A DNA stretch of 64,000 nucleotides from positions 30,831 to 94,830 of the IMG/VR virus record IMGVR_UViG_3300014012_000001; one strand, written 5' to 3'. Below, in pieces: positions 26,551 through 36,152 of the stretch. The DNA is from a virus. A program made the translations under genes and the position numbers. The notes beneath the pieces are model-generated. The model did no database searches. It was not told the DNA's origin and saw only the letters and a program-made list of their open reading frames with translations. Positions within the stretch are counted from its first letter, which is position 1. Each line of letters starts with the position of its first letter.

Positions 26551-28083
26551 TTAGTTAGCCCACCAGGTATCTGTTTGATCTTCTGAAGACACTGCACTAC
26601 CACCCACTGCTCTTAGAGACATGTCGGGTCCATTAATGTCGTCGGGTATTCCTCCCCCTACAGGTTCAAACTTGAGTACAGTGTAAAGGTGTTCATTCGC
26701 AGTCGTCCCCAACTTTCTGTGCTTGCCCCGCTGTACGGTCAGGTAGCTCTTACCATTCATCTTCTCGATATGGATCGCAATCTCCATATCCACTTCTTGG
26801 TCGATCGTCCGACAGGAGTCGTAGTAACCCTTGTTGGCAATCTCTTGGACAAAGTTCTCGATGTTGGAACGTACGAGTTCTTTAGCCTGAGTGGACAGCT
26901 GATGGGGGGTGATATAGGTGATACCCCGTGGGGTATTGAAGTTACGCATCCGTCGGAACAGGTCACGTGTTTCAAAACCGTGCGGGCCTTGCTGACAACC
27001 CTTCTTGTTGATCATGTTCAGGTAGTCGAACACACAGAAGTGGATTTCGTAGCCTTCGGACTCGTAGCGAGTGATCAAGTCCATGTAGTCACGGTACGTG
27101 AAGAGGCTGGGGTCTACCCGAAGCATCCGGATGGAGTAACCCGTCTCCTGGAGCTTTTCCTTAACGTACTTGGAGGCATAGTCGATATCCACCTCACGCA
27201 ACACCACCGGCTCTTTGGTTTCGTTCTCACGAAGCGAGACGTAGAGCTGCATGATGTTGTCGTTGAGGTTGTTCTCAGCCGAGATGTGTACACCCATCGG
27301 TTTCTTGGAAGGGTCGCGCATGTACGGCTTGTTGTAGATACAGAAGTGCTTAAACAGGTTCAGGGTAAAACCTGTTTTGTAGTTGTGCTGGAGTGCACCT
27401 ACCAGAATCTGCTCACCGCGCCGTGCACCGTCCTGATCACCAAACATCCGGTTGATCGCTTGCCAACCGGTTTTGAGGATACCTTCGTTGGACAGTTCAT
27501 CACGCGACTGTTCCAACAGAGCCAGTACCTTCTCCATGTCATCAAGGTCGGCTTCACCAACGATGGCAGGGTTAGCAACAGCACCTGTCCCTGCTTGGTA
27601 AGGTTCGAGGGCCGTGACAATCTCGCCTACAAAGTCTCGTCCAATGGCACCGCGATGAAAAGCAAGCTTGTGGTAGTTGTTCTTGAGGATTTCCTCAACC
27701 GCTGCCAGGTTGACATACGAGTTCAGTGAAGCACGGTACTCCAACACAGCCTTCTTAACAGCACCGATGTCAGGAAGGTCTTGTGTGGCCATCTCCACAG
27801 CTTGGTAGAGATACTCGTCATCACCAACGTTTACACGTATCCTTTGAAGCAGCATTCCGCGATCGTAGTCCTGTGTCGGCGGGTTGCCGATCATCCACAA
27901 GGCTGTGCTGCGCAGAGAGACCAAGGTATCGCGACTACGATCCATCTCTACGGTGGTGTCAGGAAGCTTGATGGTACCTACGACGGTATTCGCCAATTCG
28001 GCAGAGTTACTCGTCCGGTTGTCCAGCTGACTTTCCCGATACAAAAGGGTAATCACCTGAACCAGCAAAATATTGAAGTCCAT
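26551..28083 (-). CDS. DnaB-like replicative helicase (phiKZ-type)
   Basis: LKTGWQAINRMFG, degenerate Walker A GALQHNYKTG, ISAEN, FDYLN, TPHQLS, RGKHR. Lies divergently upstream of the capsid locus, as in phiKZ-like phages. Confidence 0.85.
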   Translation of the reverse strand: MDFNILLVQVITLLYRESQLDNRTSNSAELANTVVGTIKLPDTTVEMDRSRDTLVSLRSTALWMIGNPPTQDYDRGMLLQRIRVNVGDDEYLYQAVEMATQDLPDIGAVKKAVLEYRASLNSYVNLAAVEEILKNNYHKLAFHRGAIGRDFVGEIVTALEPYQAGTGAVANPAIVGEADLDDMEKVLALLEQSRDELSNEGILKTGWQAINRMFGDQDGARRGEQILVGALQHNYKTGFTLNLFKHFCIYNKPYMRDPSKKPMGVHISAENNLNDNIMQLYVSLRENETKEPVVLREVDIDYASKYVKEKLQETGYSIRMLRVDPSLFTYRDYMDLITRYESEGYEIHFCVFDYLNMINKKGCQQGPHGFETRDLFRRMRNFNTPRGITYITPHQLSTQAKELVRSNIENFVQEIANKGYYDSCRTIDQEVDMEIAIHIEKMNGKSYLTVQRGKHRKLGTTANEHLYTVLKFEPVGGGIPDDINGPDMSLRAVGGSAVSSEDQTDTWWAN

Positions 28084-28105
28084 TGTCTTTCCTAGGAGTA
28101 AAAAC

Positions 28106-28663
28106 ATGAAGTTGATCATTGTTCCTCGGTGGCTGGAGCAAACCCTGGCAGCCCATGGGCTTCCGTTGTCTGCTGTCACCGACGTTAAAAAAGTTCTGTC
28201 TATAACATCAGCTGAAGATGTATCGGTTTACGCCACGGTTAATGCGTGGCCGCTACATGTCTCTGGTGCCATCTATACGGGCTGTTACGAGATCACTGAA
28301 CAGGCTCTGGCCCTTCAGGATACACGGGTCAGTTCGTATATGAGCTATCTGGAAATGAAGCTCAATCCTGCCACCGAGGTTAACAACCCTGCTCAGACTC
28401 AACAGTTCAATCCGTTGGAGCATCTGATCGGCCGCAATTTCGTGGAGGGTGCGCCACTATGTTATAGCTGCACTGTGCTGGATGACGAATACATCGTCGT
28501 CACGCTGGGTCAGCACGAGGTGGGTACGCCCAACGAAGTAGTGCGACAAGCCGAGCGCCTGTTTAAGGAGCGGTTGTTTGGTCAACACCTGCTGAAGCAT
28601 AAGTTGCCAGAGTTGGCTGACAAGCCGGTGTTTATCAACTATTTGAAAGGATTGGTCGCCTAA
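28106..28663 (+). CDS. Conserved hypothetical/virion protein between helicase and MCP
   Basis: AGGAG RBS, start MKLIIVPRW; syntenic position. Confidence 0.65.
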   Translation: MKLIIVPRWLEQTLAAHGLPLSAVTDVKKVLSITSAEDVSVYATVNAWPLHVSGAIYTGCYEITEQALALQDTRVSSYMSYLEMKLNPATEVNNPAQTQQFNPLEHLIGRNFVEGAPLCYSCTVLDDEYIVVTLGQHEVGTPNEVVRQAERLFKERLFGQHLLKHKLPELADKPVFINYLKGLVA

Positions 28664-28835
28664 CTCTATTCTATGGAGTTTAACGCCAAGCCAACAAGTT
28701 TCTGCTTTCTGCAAGAAAGTGGATTTTTTGCAAATGGTATAGCAGATTAAATTGTTTCCTTTAGATGTACCTACACTATGAGGCGACTTCTGCCGTACTC
28801 CCCACTGTATCTGAAATAAGGTAAGGACTCAACAC

Positions 28836-31025
28836 ATGTCTCGTATCAATTCGAAATCCGGACAGGGTTCCGCTCTGGCCACTGCTGTAGGCGCTCTGCG
28901 CAGCACCATCGACTCGCAAGGTACCGACCTCAGCTCCCGTCAGATCACCCAACAAGTGATCAGCATGGAATCGCTGGACGCGGCCTCCCTGGGCGAACTG
29001 ACCCGCACTGCCGACATGCTGAAAGGCGAAATCAAGAACGCTCTGTCGGTTTCCATGGAAAGCGACGACGAAGGCGAAGAGCTGACCGACGCGCAACTGG
29101 AAGCTGGTGCCATCGCTGCCATGGCCGCTGGTGCTCCTGCCGAGTACGCCGACATCGCTCTGCGCTCCGCTCCTGCTGAAGGTGGTGAGCGTCTGGAAGT
29201 TGCTACCTCCGGTGCTGCCGGTTCGGTCGACGTCCGTGAAACTCCGTCCCTCGAAGCGTTCGACGAGCGTGAACTGGCCAAGTTCATCCCGTACTCGATC
29301 GCCTTCAACGTGAAAGCGTCCCGTCAGGACAGCTTCTCCGAAATGTTCTACCCGACTACCGTCGTCAGCCCCGACCAGGGCGGCTACGAAGTCCACCTGC
29401 GCCGCACCCTCGTGCACAACGCCATCCAGCACCAGTCCAGCGGTAACCGCAGCGACTGGCAGCGTAAGAACCTGGTTCATGCCGCTATCGACGCCACCAT
29501 CCTGGCCGACGAAAGCACCGCGCTGATCCCGACTGTTCTGGCCAACGGCAGCAACGCCGACAAGTTCGTTCCGGAAGCTCTGGTCGCGCCGACCACTCGC
29601 CGCATCGGCAATGTCGACGTCGTCACCGCTCCTCTGCTGATCGGTCAGCAGGTTGACCTGCTGGGTCTGTCCAGCCATCCGGGCCTGCTGGGCGCTGGTT
29701 TCATCGATCACACCGATGCCATCGACGCTGCCATCAGTCTCGAGAAGCTGTACGTGCAACTCGACGAAGGCGACGCTGCCAACAGCGTAGCTCCGACCAT
29801 CGTTCGTTTCAACACTCTGCGTCTGGCTCGTGCCGGTTTCGTGAAGTCGGTTGAAGGCGACGGCCGCGAAATGGCGCTGGCGTTCCGTACTCAGGACCTG
29901 GTCCTCGACAAGAACACCACCGACGTTGCTGGCGTTGCTCCGGCTGTTCTGCAAGCTGTTCGTGATGCCAACTACACCGTTCGTCTGTCGGTCAACGTGA
30001 CTGGTACCGTCAACGTGCAGCTGGGCAACGCTGAACTGTTCGCCTCCAAGGTGAACGTGGCTTCGATCGTCGACGAAGACGGTAACGAAATCAGCCTGGC
30101 CTCCGGCGCTGGTCGCACCATCGCTCAAGCCCTGACTGCTACTTCGCAGGTTCTGGGTTACGATCTGAAAGCGGCTCGTACCAACAGCAACCGTCGTACC
30201 CGTGGTCTGCTGCTCGACCACAACGATCAAGTCTTCCGTTACACCATCCCGCTGGGTGCGCCGATCTCTGCTCCGAGCCCGGCCGGTTCCAACCGCGATG
30301 CGCGTGACCTGGAAAGCCTGATCGACGCCGTTCGCGTCCGTAACACCAACAACGCCGTGACCCGCCTGCTCAACTACATCAGCACTCTGAAAGAGTACGT
30401 TGGTGGCGTTCAGCGTAAAGGTTGCCTGCCGTCGGTGGAAGGCGTGGGTGGCTTCCTGGTCAACCCGTTCTTCGAAGACATCGAAATCGACATGGACAAA
30501 GAGATCAGCTCGATCCGTGACATCGACCGTGCGGCCGACGTCAACGCTCTGCTGGTCAACGCCATTCGTGACGTGTCCTACCGCATGTACCGCGCTTCCG
30601 GCTTCCAGCCTGCGCTGAATGCCTCGAGCAACGGTTCCAACCAGCCGAAGCTGCTGATCGGTACCGACGTACTGCTGCAGCGTCACCTGATGGTTACCGG
30701 CGACAGCCGTACCTTCGGTATCGCGTTCGCCAGCTACCAGATCGAGTCGACCTTCGACTCCCGTATGGACGACACCATCGTCATCGCTCTGACCCGTGAC
30801 GGCCAGTGTGAAGCCGGTGACCCGCTGCAGTGGGGCGTTCACGCGTGGATTCCGGAACTGGCTTCCAGCATGATGGTTGCTCGTGATGGCGGTACCTACC
30901 CAGAAGCCATGGTTCAGCCGCGTAACCTGCACGTGAACAACGTTCCGGTCGCTGCTCGCATCAAGGTCAAGAACCTGGACAAGGTACTGAAGAACCGTCA
31001 GACCGTCGTTGCCGTAGCTCCGTAA
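28836..31025 (+). CDS. Major capsid protein precursor (phiKZ gp120-like)
   Basis: 729 aa with very strong codon bias. N-terminal propeptide has S-x-E protease sites (ISME, VSME, PSLE|AFDE). Contains RQDSFSEMFYPT and RTNSNRRTRG. Followed by a strong terminator. Confidence 0.9.
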   Translation: MSRINSKSGQGSALATAVGALRSTIDSQGTDLSSRQITQQVISMESLDAASLGELTRTADMLKGEIKNALSVSMESDDEGEELTDAQLEAGAIAAMAAGAPAEYADIALRSAPAEGGERLEVATSGAAGSVDVRETPSLEAFDERELAKFIPYSIAFNVKASRQDSFSEMFYPTTVVSPDQGGYEVHLRRTLVHNAIQHQSSGNRSDWQRKNLVHAAIDATILADESTALIPTVLANGSNADKFVPEALVAPTTRRIGNVDVVTAPLLIGQQVDLLGLSSHPGLLGAGFIDHTDAIDAAISLEKLYVQLDEGDAANSVAPTIVRFNTLRLARAGFVKSVEGDGREMALAFRTQDLVLDKNTTDVAGVAPAVLQAVRDANYTVRLSVNVTGTVNVQLGNAELFASKVNVASIVDEDGNEISLASGAGRTIAQALTATSQVLGYDLKAARTNSNRRTRGLLLDHNDQVFRYTIPLGAPISAPSPAGSNRDARDLESLIDAVRVRNTNNAVTRLLNYISTLKEYVGGVQRKGCLPSVEGVGGFLVNPFFEDIEIDMDKEISSIRDIDRAADVNALLVNAIRDVSYRMYRASGFQPALNASSNGSNQPKLLIGTDVLLQRHLMVTGDSRTFGIAFASYQIESTFDSRMDDTIVIALTRDGQCEAGDPLQWGVHAWIPELASSMMVARDGGTYPEAMVQPRNLHVNNVPVAARIKVKNLDKVLKNRQTVVAVAP

Positions 31026-31101
31026 GCTATTGCAGCTGGCTGAAAAGCTTTAACAATCTTCGGGTTGTTGAAGTCGGGTCCTTAAGTGGGGACACTGGAA
31101 T

Positions 31102-31150
31102 CCTCGGGGGGCTTCGGCCTCCCGAGGGCTCCTTTCTTTTTATGCCGTCT
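31102..31150 (+). terminator. Intrinsic terminator after the MCP gene
   Basis: CCTCGGGGGGC-TTCG-GCCTCCCGAGG, then a T-rich tract and TTTATGCCG. Confidence 0.85.
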
Positions 31151-31161
31151 ATTTCCTAGTT

Positions 31162-31187
31162 AAAAAAATTTCAGATCTATATTACTC
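31162..31187 (+). promoter_or_regulatory. Putative phage early promoter
   Basis: AAAAAAATTTCAGATCTATATTACTC contains TATATTAC, the reported phiKZ early consensus. Confidence 0.6.
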
Positions 31188-31243
31188 TTGTGAATAGGAT
31201 ACAAAATCTTGTATCTAACCCCCAATGTTCTTAGGAGAACTAT

Positions 31244-31529
31244 TATGGTCCCAGTTTATAACACCGCGCTTGACCGCAGCCTGTGTCCTGACGATGCACT
31301 GTTCCGTAGGTACGGTGAGTTCTTCAAAGGGTGGAGCAGAGCCTCCAAGCGTATCACCCCTGAAGAGACCTACTTGGAAGTCGATCGACTCAAGCCTCGT
31401 GGTGTGCTGGACAGTGAGGTGGGTGAGTTGTTCGGTCGGGTGATGTCCTTTCAAGGACTGGTCTTTCTGTGTGCTGAGTTTAAGATACCTGACGTATTGT
31501 TTCAGGAGCTTATAAACAGCTACGATTAA
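31244..31529 (+). CDS. Hypothetical protein
   Basis: AGGAG RBS before MVPVYN; start position approximate. Confidence 0.6.
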
Positions 31530-31587
31530 CGGTTACCCTAGTGGGGTCAATGTCGACCCCACTACTTAAGTTCTAAGGAGAACTACA

Positions 31588-31866
31588 ATGGATCTGATTA
31601 AAGCAATGTTCGTGTTTCAACAAGTGGCTCGTGTAGGTGTTAATGACGAGATGCCTAAAGAGTTGTACTTGGCCCGTGCTGCAACAGGGGCTGACACTTG
31701 GATGGTCTGTGGGGTGTTTGAAACCGACGACGACAAGTACTTTGATACCATCGTCCACAGTGGCTTTGGTTGGAAGCGCAACACCTCAGACATTATGTTT
31801 GAAGACAACACCGTAGAAGAGCTGGTTAAAGAACGCCACTTTGTTCTGGTAGCCAAATCTGTTTAA
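31588..31866 (+). CDS. Hypothetical protein
   Basis: TAAGGAG RBS; 92 aa. Confidence 0.7.
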   Translation: MDLIKAMFVFQQVARVGVNDEMPKELYLARAATGADTWMVCGVFETDDDKYFDTIVHSGFGWKRNTSDIMFEDNTVEELVKERHFVLVAKSV

Positions 31867-31888
31867 CCCCACATTAAGGAGAAACGAG

Positions 31889-32719
31889 ATGACGCCATTT
31901 AATTTCAAAGAAGTGGTCCACATTATCAGTTCTTCGTCGTTGTACGAGAAGATGATGGGCGTGCCCCGTGGGCTTACGGTAGAAGCCTTGGTCGCTAGCT
32001 TGATGCGAGAGATTGAGGGTGAAGTAGTGCGCTACATCCCTGCACGTAAAGTCCTGGTTTTTGCAATACCACAAGGGGCAATTTGGTTTGATTATAAGGG
32101 GCAGATGTTTTACCACAACGGTATTACAGTGAGGACTGACTTTACCTCGAAGCCCGCGGTCGATGTACTGGGTGAAGTTTTTGACTTACTTAAAGAGTTG
32201 TCAAAGAAAGCGTCGTTCCAGCCTACACCGCCTCATGCTGCCACCGACCCGTACATGCAAACGGCGGCACAGGATGTGATGGGTAACTTGAATCAGGCTC
32301 AGGAAGCCTTGATGGTGGAGTTTCGTGAGAAACTTTCCTACTACGCCACCAACATCAGTCGACACGAACTTCCTGGTCTGTCTCAAGAGATCATGGCGTT
32401 GCAACAGCGCATGGCCCAGTTTCAACAGTTGCAACAACAAGCTAATATGGTCATGGGTCAACAATCTCCTTTCTCCGGTTTTGGTAATCGGATTGTGTGG
32501 GGTCGAGCACCTAGCTTGAAGGAGACTGTGCGCGGGGCGCTGGGCAACACCTTTATGGTCATTGACCAACTCCCGGGTTCTGAATTGGAGCGCGCGGCAC
32601 AGATTGCGTTTACTTACATTCGTCAACACCGACCAGAACTGACATACCTTATCCCCCGTTGCCACAATCGTACCGAATACGTACATTTCTTACGAAGGGT
32701 GGCTTACGATAACCTGTAA
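31889..32719 (+). CDS. Hypothetical protein
   Basis: TAAGGAG RBS; 276 aa with a Q-rich coiled coil. Confidence 0.7.
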   Translation: MTPFNFKEVVHIISSSSLYEKMMGVPRGLTVEALVASLMREIEGEVVRYIPARKVLVFAIPQGAIWFDYKGQMFYHNGITVRTDFTSKPAVDVLGEVFDLLKELSKKASFQPTPPHAATDPYMQTAAQDVMGNLNQAQEALMVEFREKLSYYATNISRHELPGLSQEIMALQQRMAQFQQLQQQANMVMGQQSPFSGFGNRIVWGRAPSLKETVRGALGNTFMVIDQLPGSELERAAQIAFTYIRQHRPELTYLIPRCHNRTEYVHFLRRVAYDNL

Positions 32720-32754
32720 CACCTAACCTTAACCTATCAGAGAGAATCGCTCTA

Positions 32755-33111
32755 ATGAAACTGAGTAATAAAGATCTGGGCAAACACATCATCGCTATGC
32801 TGCAAACCCGTCTGGAACTGAACCTCAAGTTCGGTTGCCTGGATGATGTTGAAGTTCAATTCACTCGCGCCGAACTGACTGCCATCACCAATCGCAGTCG
32901 TATCGAAGACTCCACAGTCAGTAGCATGATCACCGAGATTCGTGATGCAGGCTTTCAGGTATCAGGTGCTGGGCGTTCGGACTTCTTCCTGATCACCGCT
33001 AACGTTCGTCGTCGGATGACGCGTGTAACGTCGCTACAAGCGCTCGAAGACGATAATGCTTTCTTCGAAGAACTTGCGGTGCGCTACGAACCTGTCAATC
33101 AGGACGAGTAA
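32755..33111 (+). CDS. Hypothetical protein
   Basis: 118-aa ORF followed by a terminator. Confidence 0.7.
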   Translation: MKLSNKDLGKHIIAMLQTRLELNLKFGCLDDVEVQFTRAELTAITNRSRIEDSTVSSMITEIRDAGFQVSGAGRSDFFLITANVRRRMTRVTSLQALEDDNAFFEELAVRYEPVNQDE

Positions 33112-33221
33112 GCGGCATAAAGAAAGAGGGGCCTTGTGCCCTTCTTTTTTTTTTGGGATTGAAAGGAAAAACAGGTATATATTATCAAAATGAATGTGGT
33201 CAGTAGAAAAGGCTACGCACA

Positions 33222-34400
33222 ATGACGCACCAGTACATTCATCATCCAGAAGCTATTAATGCCCTGGCAAACATCTTAGACCAACCCTTCAATCCCAACT
33301 CAGGGGAGTCCACTCCCTGCAAAATGGAAAAGGAGTTTTACAACGGCCTGTCCGAACCAGTGACGCTGGTGAGTCGGTCGGGCCTTCCGATTACCATCGC
33401 ACCCATGCGTATCGAGTATCCCAATACCTTCTTGGTGAGATTCACTTTCACCTACAACAGAAGTGTAAAAATTGACATTGAGCGCCTATCTAATGCGAAG
33501 TGTGAAACATCACGAGCATTGCGTGATGCCATACGTCACGGCTCTGTAAAAGAGGGTGCCTTCGGTAAGATGGCAACTTCTATAACCTACGCTGTGACCA
33601 AAGAACAGCTCAAAGCAGGAGGTGGCTCCCTTTATCTCACAAACCTTGACATCGTGGTCTCCACGATGCAGGGGCACTATGTCCCGCGTCATCCTCACAA
33701 CCTCGACGGTATTCGAAACTACCTCGTAGGACGAGAGGAAACAATCAACACAGTAGGCTCATTTGGTTACGCCATTCAGATCGTAGACAATGAGGGGATC
33801 TACGGTAAACGGTATATCAACATTAATAAGGAAATTTACGAGATCAGTCCTATTGTGGACCGCAGTCGGCTAAGTGGAGTATACCACGCCAAAACTGCAC
33901 CGATTGGGGACAATGGTATTGTGCCGCCACCAATCGCTATGCTCTATTCGTTCGAGGAAGCTGAGCAGTATTTGGGGTTCTTCAAGACGATTGAGGAAGC
34001 TCGGATATTGGGTGACATCAGTGAGGAACAACGTCGTGAGTTGGAAGAGCGTGCACTCCAACTTAAGCGTGACCTTGCTGAGTTCAACGCCGCTAAGCTT
34101 AATCACGATAGAGCCTTTGATGAACAGAAGCGAGCTTTCGAACTGGAACGTCTCCAGGAAGAGGAGGCCCGCAGAACTCGCGAGAATGAGTGGAAGCGCC
34201 AAGAATCTGAACAGTCAATTCGCTTGATGCGACTGAAGGAGGAGGTGGCTACTTTGGAGCACCAACGCTCCATGGAGTCACTTCATCGTAAAGACCATTA
34301 CGAGGAACGCAGTTACAGTCGTAAAGACAGCTCTGAGTTCTTCAAATGGGTTCCTGGGTTAATTGGTGCTGGTGCTGCTTTATTCCTTGCGTTACGCTAA
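33222..34400 (+). CDS. Conserved jumbo-phage protein with a C-terminal coiled coil and hydrophobic anchor
   Basis: 392 aa with an E/R-rich helix, ending YEERSYSRKDSSEFFKWVPGLIGAGAALFLALR. Preceded by a TATATTAT promoter-like motif; directly upstream of the RNAP subunit gene. Confidence 0.7.
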   Translation: MTHQYIHHPEAINALANILDQPFNPNSGESTPCKMEKEFYNGLSEPVTLVSRSGLPITIAPMRIEYPNTFLVRFTFTYNRSVKIDIERLSNAKCETSRALRDAIRHGSVKEGAFGKMATSITYAVTKEQLKAGGGSLYLTNLDIVVSTMQGHYVPRHPHNLDGIRNYLVGREETINTVGSFGYAIQIVDNEGIYGKRYININKEIYEISPIVDRSRLSGVYHAKTAPIGDNGIVPPPIAMLYSFEEAEQYLGFFKTIEEARILGDISEEQRRELEERALQLKRDLAEFNAAKLNHDRAFDEQKRAFELERLQEEEARRTRENEWKRQESEQSIRLMRLKEEVATLEHQRSMESLHRKDHYEERSYSRKDSSEFFKWVPGLIGAGAALFLALR

Positions 34401-34420
34401 CACAGCAGGGTTAAACTAAC

Positions 34421-36088
34421 GTGGATATGAATCTCTTTAGCTTGGTTGCTGACGCAACACCCAAGTTCAACTCAAGTATCATGAATGGGTTGGCCGTCGA
34501 ACAAATGAAAGGAGTGGAACTCTATGTTGACTCTCTCTTTCGCAGTATTTCAAAGAGCTTCCCTGAGAAGTTGAAATACGTTGGGTGCTCGCGCTGCACG
34601 CCCCAAGAGGAATACCAAGAGATCACCCGCAAACGCAACAACCGGTACACGATCGACATCGCTCGTTCTGACTTCTTCATGATGAAGTATAAGTTTCGCT
34701 ATGACGGGGAAGACCTGCCAGACCGTTACATATACTTGCCGTATGTGCGTCAAGCCGGGTTGATCTCTATTCGGGGCAGTACTTTTTCGATCAGTCCTGT
34801 ATTGGCTGACCGAGCAATCAGCTATGGTTCTGACAGCATCTTCATCCCAGTGCAAGTGGCAAAGTTGACGTTCGAACGGTTGGACTATAAGTACAACGAA
34901 GTCGGGTCAATGGAGTCTGAGCCTGCGGATGCGCTGTACTGCGTGGAAGCAAACGTTGCTTGGTCGACGATCTATAACCAAGACAGCGCAAAACGACAGG
35001 GGCAGTATTTTGTAAAGGCCAAGCACACGCTGGGTCATTACTTGTTCTGCAAGTACGGTGTTACTGAAGCGTTCCAAAAACTGGTGCCGGGTTGTGATGT
35101 TCGAGTGGGATATCCTGACACCATCAACTACGAGCGAATGGATCGTTCAGAGTGGTTGATCTGCGAGAGTGTTAAGGATCTACCCAGGACACTGAAGGTT
35201 GCTCCAGGGGCCAATGGTAAACGGGTGTACTTCCCAAGTAACCTACGGCTGGCAGTGCGCAAGGACTACCTCAGCATTGGTCTGCAGGCACTGATCGCAT
35301 CCTTCTTCTATGTGGTGGACCATTTCCCTGATCGGATTGAGCCTGAGTTCGTGGACAACACGCGCTTGTGGCGAGTCCTGATGGGTTACTTGATCTTCGG
35401 GTCAGGCCAAAGTGAAGCCAAGCTCTCTGACGATGTGGATACTCACATTGAATCGTTGGATGAGTACATGGATGAACGTTCTCGTATGGATCTGGCCAGC
35501 GTCGGCGTGGTGGCGGATGACATCTACATGTTGTTCAACAACGCGATTGAAATGTTGGCTGAGATGGTCATTCGACCTGATAACGTTGAGTCAACGATGT
35601 ATGACAAAGAACTGATGGTTCTGCGTTATGCACTGTTCGATATCAATAAGGCCATCTCTCACTTTAAGTTCACCCTCCAGAAAATCATCAAGAAAGCCAA
35701 GGTTAAAGAGGAGATCATTGGCGCTCTCAAGACCAAGATTGGTCAAGAGGAAATTGCTAAGATGAACCGTGGTCACGGTGAAGTGGCGGGGATCTCGAGT
35801 CCCGGCGACAACATGTACTTCAAGATCACCTCGATCCTGGTACCGCAAACCAGTGCCACTGGCGGTGGTCGTGGAAACAAGAAGACGACCCTGACCGATC
35901 CATCGAAGTATTTGCACGCATCTATCGCTGAGGTAGGAAGTTACAACAACCTACCTAAGACCAGTCCTGACGGTCGCACACGGACCAACCCGTATCTGCA
36001 ACTGGAAGAAGGGCGTCGCGTCAAGCGTAACCAGCGGTTTGTCAAACTGCTAAACAGCGTGCAGAAAAAGATTCAACACACGCACTAA
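34421..36088 (+). CDS. Non-virion RNA polymerase beta-like subunit (phiKZ gp123-like, N-terminal part of beta)
   Basis: IYLPYV...IRGSTFSISPVLAD near the N-terminus. LHASIAEVGSYNNLPKTSPDGRTRTNP corresponds to the beta HxSxxG...P...G region. Size and synteny with MCP agree. Confidence 0.75.
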   Translation: MDMNLFSLVADATPKFNSSIMNGLAVEQMKGVELYVDSLFRSISKSFPEKLKYVGCSRCTPQEEYQEITRKRNNRYTIDIARSDFFMMKYKFRYDGEDLPDRYIYLPYVRQAGLISIRGSTFSISPVLADRAISYGSDSIFIPVQVAKLTFERLDYKYNEVGSMESEPADALYCVEANVAWSTIYNQDSAKRQGQYFVKAKHTLGHYLFCKYGVTEAFQKLVPGCDVRVGYPDTINYERMDRSEWLICESVKDLPRTLKVAPGANGKRVYFPSNLRLAVRKDYLSIGLQALIASFFYVVDHFPDRIEPEFVDNTRLWRVLMGYLIFGSGQSEAKLSDDVDTHIESLDEYMDERSRMDLASVGVVADDIYMLFNNAIEMLAEMVIRPDNVESTMYDKELMVLRYALFDINKAISHFKFTLQKIIKKAKVKEEIIGALKTKIGQEEIAKMNRGHGEVAGISSPGDNMYFKITSILVPQTSATGGGRGNKKTTLTDPSKYLHASIAEVGSYNNLPKTSPDGRTRTNPYLQLEEGRRVKRNQRFVKLLNSVQKKIQHTH

Positions 36089-36152
36089 CGACCTTAGGGT
36101 CAACCCCTTTCTCGCACTAAACTGATAAGCCTAGCGCTTAAGGATAACTGTT

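Noticed and set aside
28776..30932. 718-aa antisense ORF opposite the major capsid gene (likewise 13741-14517, 15515-16603, 16996-17979, 18625-19542, 26689-27729, 39655-40824, 45628-46689)
   Set aside because: These are shadow ORFs produced by strong codon bias in the sense genes; they have no recognisable motifs.
31026..31100. Possible tRNA after the capsid gene
   Set aside because: Hairpins are present but there is no cloverleaf, T-loop consensus or CCA end; more likely a structured 3' UTR.
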